A stretch of 64,000 bases of DNA, from assembly GCA_002633005.1 (NCBI GenBank), contig NMRA01000007.1, forward strand, positions 62,001-126,000. Reading direction: 5' to 3'. Source of the stretch: Phoronis australis (lineage: Eukaryota > Animalia > Phoronida). The notes under the pieces were generated by a model, which did no database searches, was not told the DNA's origin, and was given only the letters and a program-made list of their open reading frames with translations. Made by a program: the position numbers and the translations under genes. This document shows, one piece after another, positions 61,013 to 64,000 of this stretch (positions are counted from its first letter, which is position 1; each line of letters opens with the position of its first letter).

Positions 61013-63176
61013 CTGATGCGTTCTACCGGTACAAAATGCCCAAGCTCATAGCTAAGGTATGTCTTTTTGTGCCGCAGGTTTTATCAGCCTGTGTGTTTGG
61101 TATTGATTTAGCAGGTAGTGACAGTGCCAATGTTGAAGTGGTCGTGGATAGCTCTATTGATTTTGTAAGTATATGAAGCTTATCCATTATTCATAGTCCA
61201 ATTAATCTAACGTATCCTGATTTTGACTCACTTGCACAGTGACACTAATGTCAATGTTAATTTTATAGTGTGTTATTACATTGCATTTAAGTAGCTTGCC
61301 TGTTGCCTGACTTTTCTTGATAGGAAGTTGTGCAAACAAAGTGAGTGCAATTGTGTATGCTCCACAGGTTAGGAAGGATAATAATATTCATATTGTGGCA
61401 GGTATCAAATTTCTGAAATTCATGTGTTTAATAGCCATTTTCCGATATTGCTCGACGTGTTGAAGTTTGTTGTGTCGCAGGATGGCGGGAGTGTATTCTG
61501 TGCAAACATGCAGCGCAGCCTACAGTCTACATGTAGCTTTGACAGTGGAACTTCAAGTGTTTTAGTTCTTTGCTTTTACCATTCCTTATATGGTGTCATG
61601 TTCAAATGTGAATAAAAGAAATTGCATTTTGTCTCCTCACGTCTTTGCCATCAGAATTTGAAGTTCAGTGTCGCAGAAGTGGAATGTTTTCTGTTCAGTC
61701 ATTGTACATAAATGATGCATTATTAAGGTAGTAATGTTCACAAGATTGTCGCAGTGTCAATGTGATGTCTTGCTGTTTACAGGTGGAGGGTAAAGGTAAT
61801 GGCATAAAGACGGTGTTGGTCAATATGACCGAAGTGGCCAAGGCCTTGGCCCGACCCCCCACGTGTAAGTAACACGCGTGCACTCACACACACACACATA
61901 CACACTTGTGTACGGGGGTAGAACTCCTCAAGTCAGCGGTGCATCGGTGATGATAAAACCCCTACCCTTGACCAATAGTGGAAGTGGTTAACGATTAGTC
62001 TTACTGATGGTGCACCCTCTGTACACAGTGACTGAATATTTGAATTGTCACATGAACTCTGTTCTCTTATCATGAAACATTGTGAATGGTTCAGCAGCTC
62101 TTAAGCAGTGATTTTGACCTTGTTTCTCGCATTCAAATGAACAAAGATATTTTCTTTGGCATTTAGAAAGACGACAACGTTTTTTTTTTCGCATTATGCC
62201 TTTAACGTGTTTATATGTTATCGTTTACTCGATTTTTATAGATATAGTCGGTTATTTGAAGCACATAAATAATATTAAAAATAATACAATTCTGTGTGTC
62301 CATATTTGCTTAGTACAAACGTAGTGTGTTCAGTTTGTGAACATTCAATGGCCAACAATGCTTGCGACGGTTAGCCTAATGTCTAATTTTACAGATCCCA
62401 CCAAGTACTTTGGCTGTGAGCTTGGTGCCCAGACAACACTTAACGTCAAAGACGAACGCTTCATTGTCAATGGCTCTCACGACTGCAACAAGTTGCAAGA
62501 GATACTTGACGGCTTCATTAGCAAATTTGTGCTTTGCCCGGAGTGCGACAACCCCGAAACCAATCTGGTGTGTGCAATTTCGTCGTAAGATTATTTCTAC
62601 GTTCATGTTACCTTTTCGTTTTCACATGTGTGGGAAGAGATGTAGTGTGAATAGAATGTTAGCTCTATGTCCGTGTAAGGGTTTGGGGATATGGCCACTG
62701 AAGTTGGTAAATTTCAGCATAATTGAATATTAGTGCCAGCAAATTGTGCTAGGCACTTTTTTCTCAGTGGTAAGGCATATAGTCCTGCCAGTCAAAGTGT
62801 TATGTCCTTTCCACTTGCTGCCTCAGTGTGAAATCCACACAATAAGCTCTTTGGAATTGGTGGCCCCAAGGTTGGGGTCTGTCTATTGGAAAACGTTCAT
62901 CAATCAGAAGGCGTGGGCACCTTACTGTGTAAGGAGAGTGCTGCTAAATGGGATGAAATGCTGTTTTGAGCGATTGTAATGATTGAACTGGTGTTGCCAT
63001 AAACATGTCTGTTGCCAGTAGTTATGTGTTGGTATTTTCTCTCGCAGATTGTCAATCAGAAGAAGCAGAACATTGGTCAGCGTTGTATGGCCTGTGGTCA
63101 CACTGGACAGATAGACATGCGTCACAAGCTGACCACCTTCATTCTGAAGAATCCACCTCAGTCCGATCAGCAGAAT
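60985..63176 (+). CDS. EIF5: Eukaryotic translation initiation factor 5, 5' part (exons 60985-61056, 61783-61864, 62395-62567, 63048-63176); continues beyond the window
   Basis: [24 protein letters not shown]|[11 protein letters not shown]...[18 protein letters not shown]...[12 protein letters not shown]...CMACG...[12 protein letters not shown]; GT-AG junctions with consistent phases. Confidence 0.97.
61937..62017 (+). ncRNA. Intronic C/D-box snoRNA, copy 2
   Basis: Box C GTGATGA 61947-61953, box D CTGA 62004-62007, terminal stem GGTGCATCG/TGGTGCACC, guide CGATTAGTCTT. The core is nearly identical to copy 1 while the flanks diverge. Confidence 0.88.
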
Positions 63177-64000
63177 GTAAGCCGGGTCAAATGATGATGT
63201 TACGGGGCAATAGCCGGATATAACGCGCTCATATTTTGAGAACCAGTTTTATGTCCGTTATTGAGTGGAGAAAACTGGTTCTCAAATCATGATACAGTAA
63301 AATCTCACCAATTCTGAACAAAGTCAAACTTGATAATTTTTCAAAGGCTTAAACTGTAGGTGGTGGAAACCGACTTTTATCATGGGCGTACGCTTACCAC
63401 ACACTGCAAAAAAGTCTTACCATGCACAAAAATTGCCTTGGAAACTGAGCTCCAGTCAGGCACTCGTACCACTGACGGTGTCACCCAATTTCAGTGTTTC
63501 TCTGTGTGTGTGTGTCTGTGATCAATCACTAGCTTTAAAAATTGTATGTGGTAATAGTGCTTGAATGTGGTTGTAGATCAGCTTCTGTGGTAAGGTTTTT
63601 GTGGTCGGTAGGATTGTTGAACAATTTGAATGCTCACACTGTTCAGAACATCCAATAGCTGTGGTACAGAGCTATAAATGTATAAAGTATTTATTTGGTG
63701 CTAGATGTCTTTTATGAATCAAATGAAAACATGAATTGTCACTTGTATGCTATATTGTGTCGGCGAGGTTTTTTTGTAATGTAAGTTGTTAGTGGGAGTA
63801 ACGGATTTAAAATAGGGATGTTTCGAGTATCTTACAATTGTTAGCTTTGACATGAACTGTACCTCGAACAGTACCGTGATCCTAAAACAAATCCTGTCAG
63901 CTTTGAAAAAGATGCCTCCGGTAATTATTTTGGTATTTAATTTTAAAATTAAATATGAAGGAAATGTCAGCAGACTTGAATTATTCTCTTATTTAGTTTT

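Noticed and set aside
63191-63290. ATGATGA (box C-like) followed by the 16-bp hairpin TTTGAGAACCAGTTTT/AAAACTGGTTCTCAAA
   Set aside because: No terminal stem or suitably placed box D. One hairpin arm recurs near 7661, suggesting a dispersed repeat fragment.
63441-63560. Possible SNORA28-like H/ACA RNA (GCACTC...AATTT within a loose stem)
   Set aside because: No convincing H box, second hairpin or terminal ACA. An Infernal search would be needed.

Overview
Intron-rich animal genomic DNA, probably molluscan or lophotrochozoan. This is inferred from recall: the kinesin light chain closely resembles the squid protein, including the KKIEEIGKMTALSQEE start region and the HEKSKL..HK end. Three spliced genes are present: enolase-phosphatase E1 (ENOPH1, + strand, CDS 353-8806), kinesin light chain (KLC, - strand, core CDS about 36932-12193, leader exons up to about 57.7 kb) and the 5' part of eIF5 (+ strand, CDS from 60985, running off the window). 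KLC and eIF5 are head-to-head. The KLC locus looks like a combinatorial isoform generator: two clusters of duplicated, probably mutually exclusive TPR exons (2 x 88 nt and 3 x 90 nt), at least three in-frame candidate first exons (one starting MGNC, a possible lipid anchor), candidate microexons and alternative C-termini. eIF5 carries a spliced, poor-context uORF overlapping its start codon and two intronic copies of a C/D-box snoRNA complementary to 28S rRNA. The introns hold several DNA transposons with readable TIRs and TSDs: an internally deleted Kolobok element (THAP transposase plus P2X7-ballast-like KolX remnants), hAT MITEs with 8-bp and 6-bp TSDs, a Harbinger MITE, and a TA-flanked element carrying a HIRAN-like fragment. 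All exon calls were read by eye from splice signals, phase and protein family knowledge. No alignment, database search or RNA data was available.
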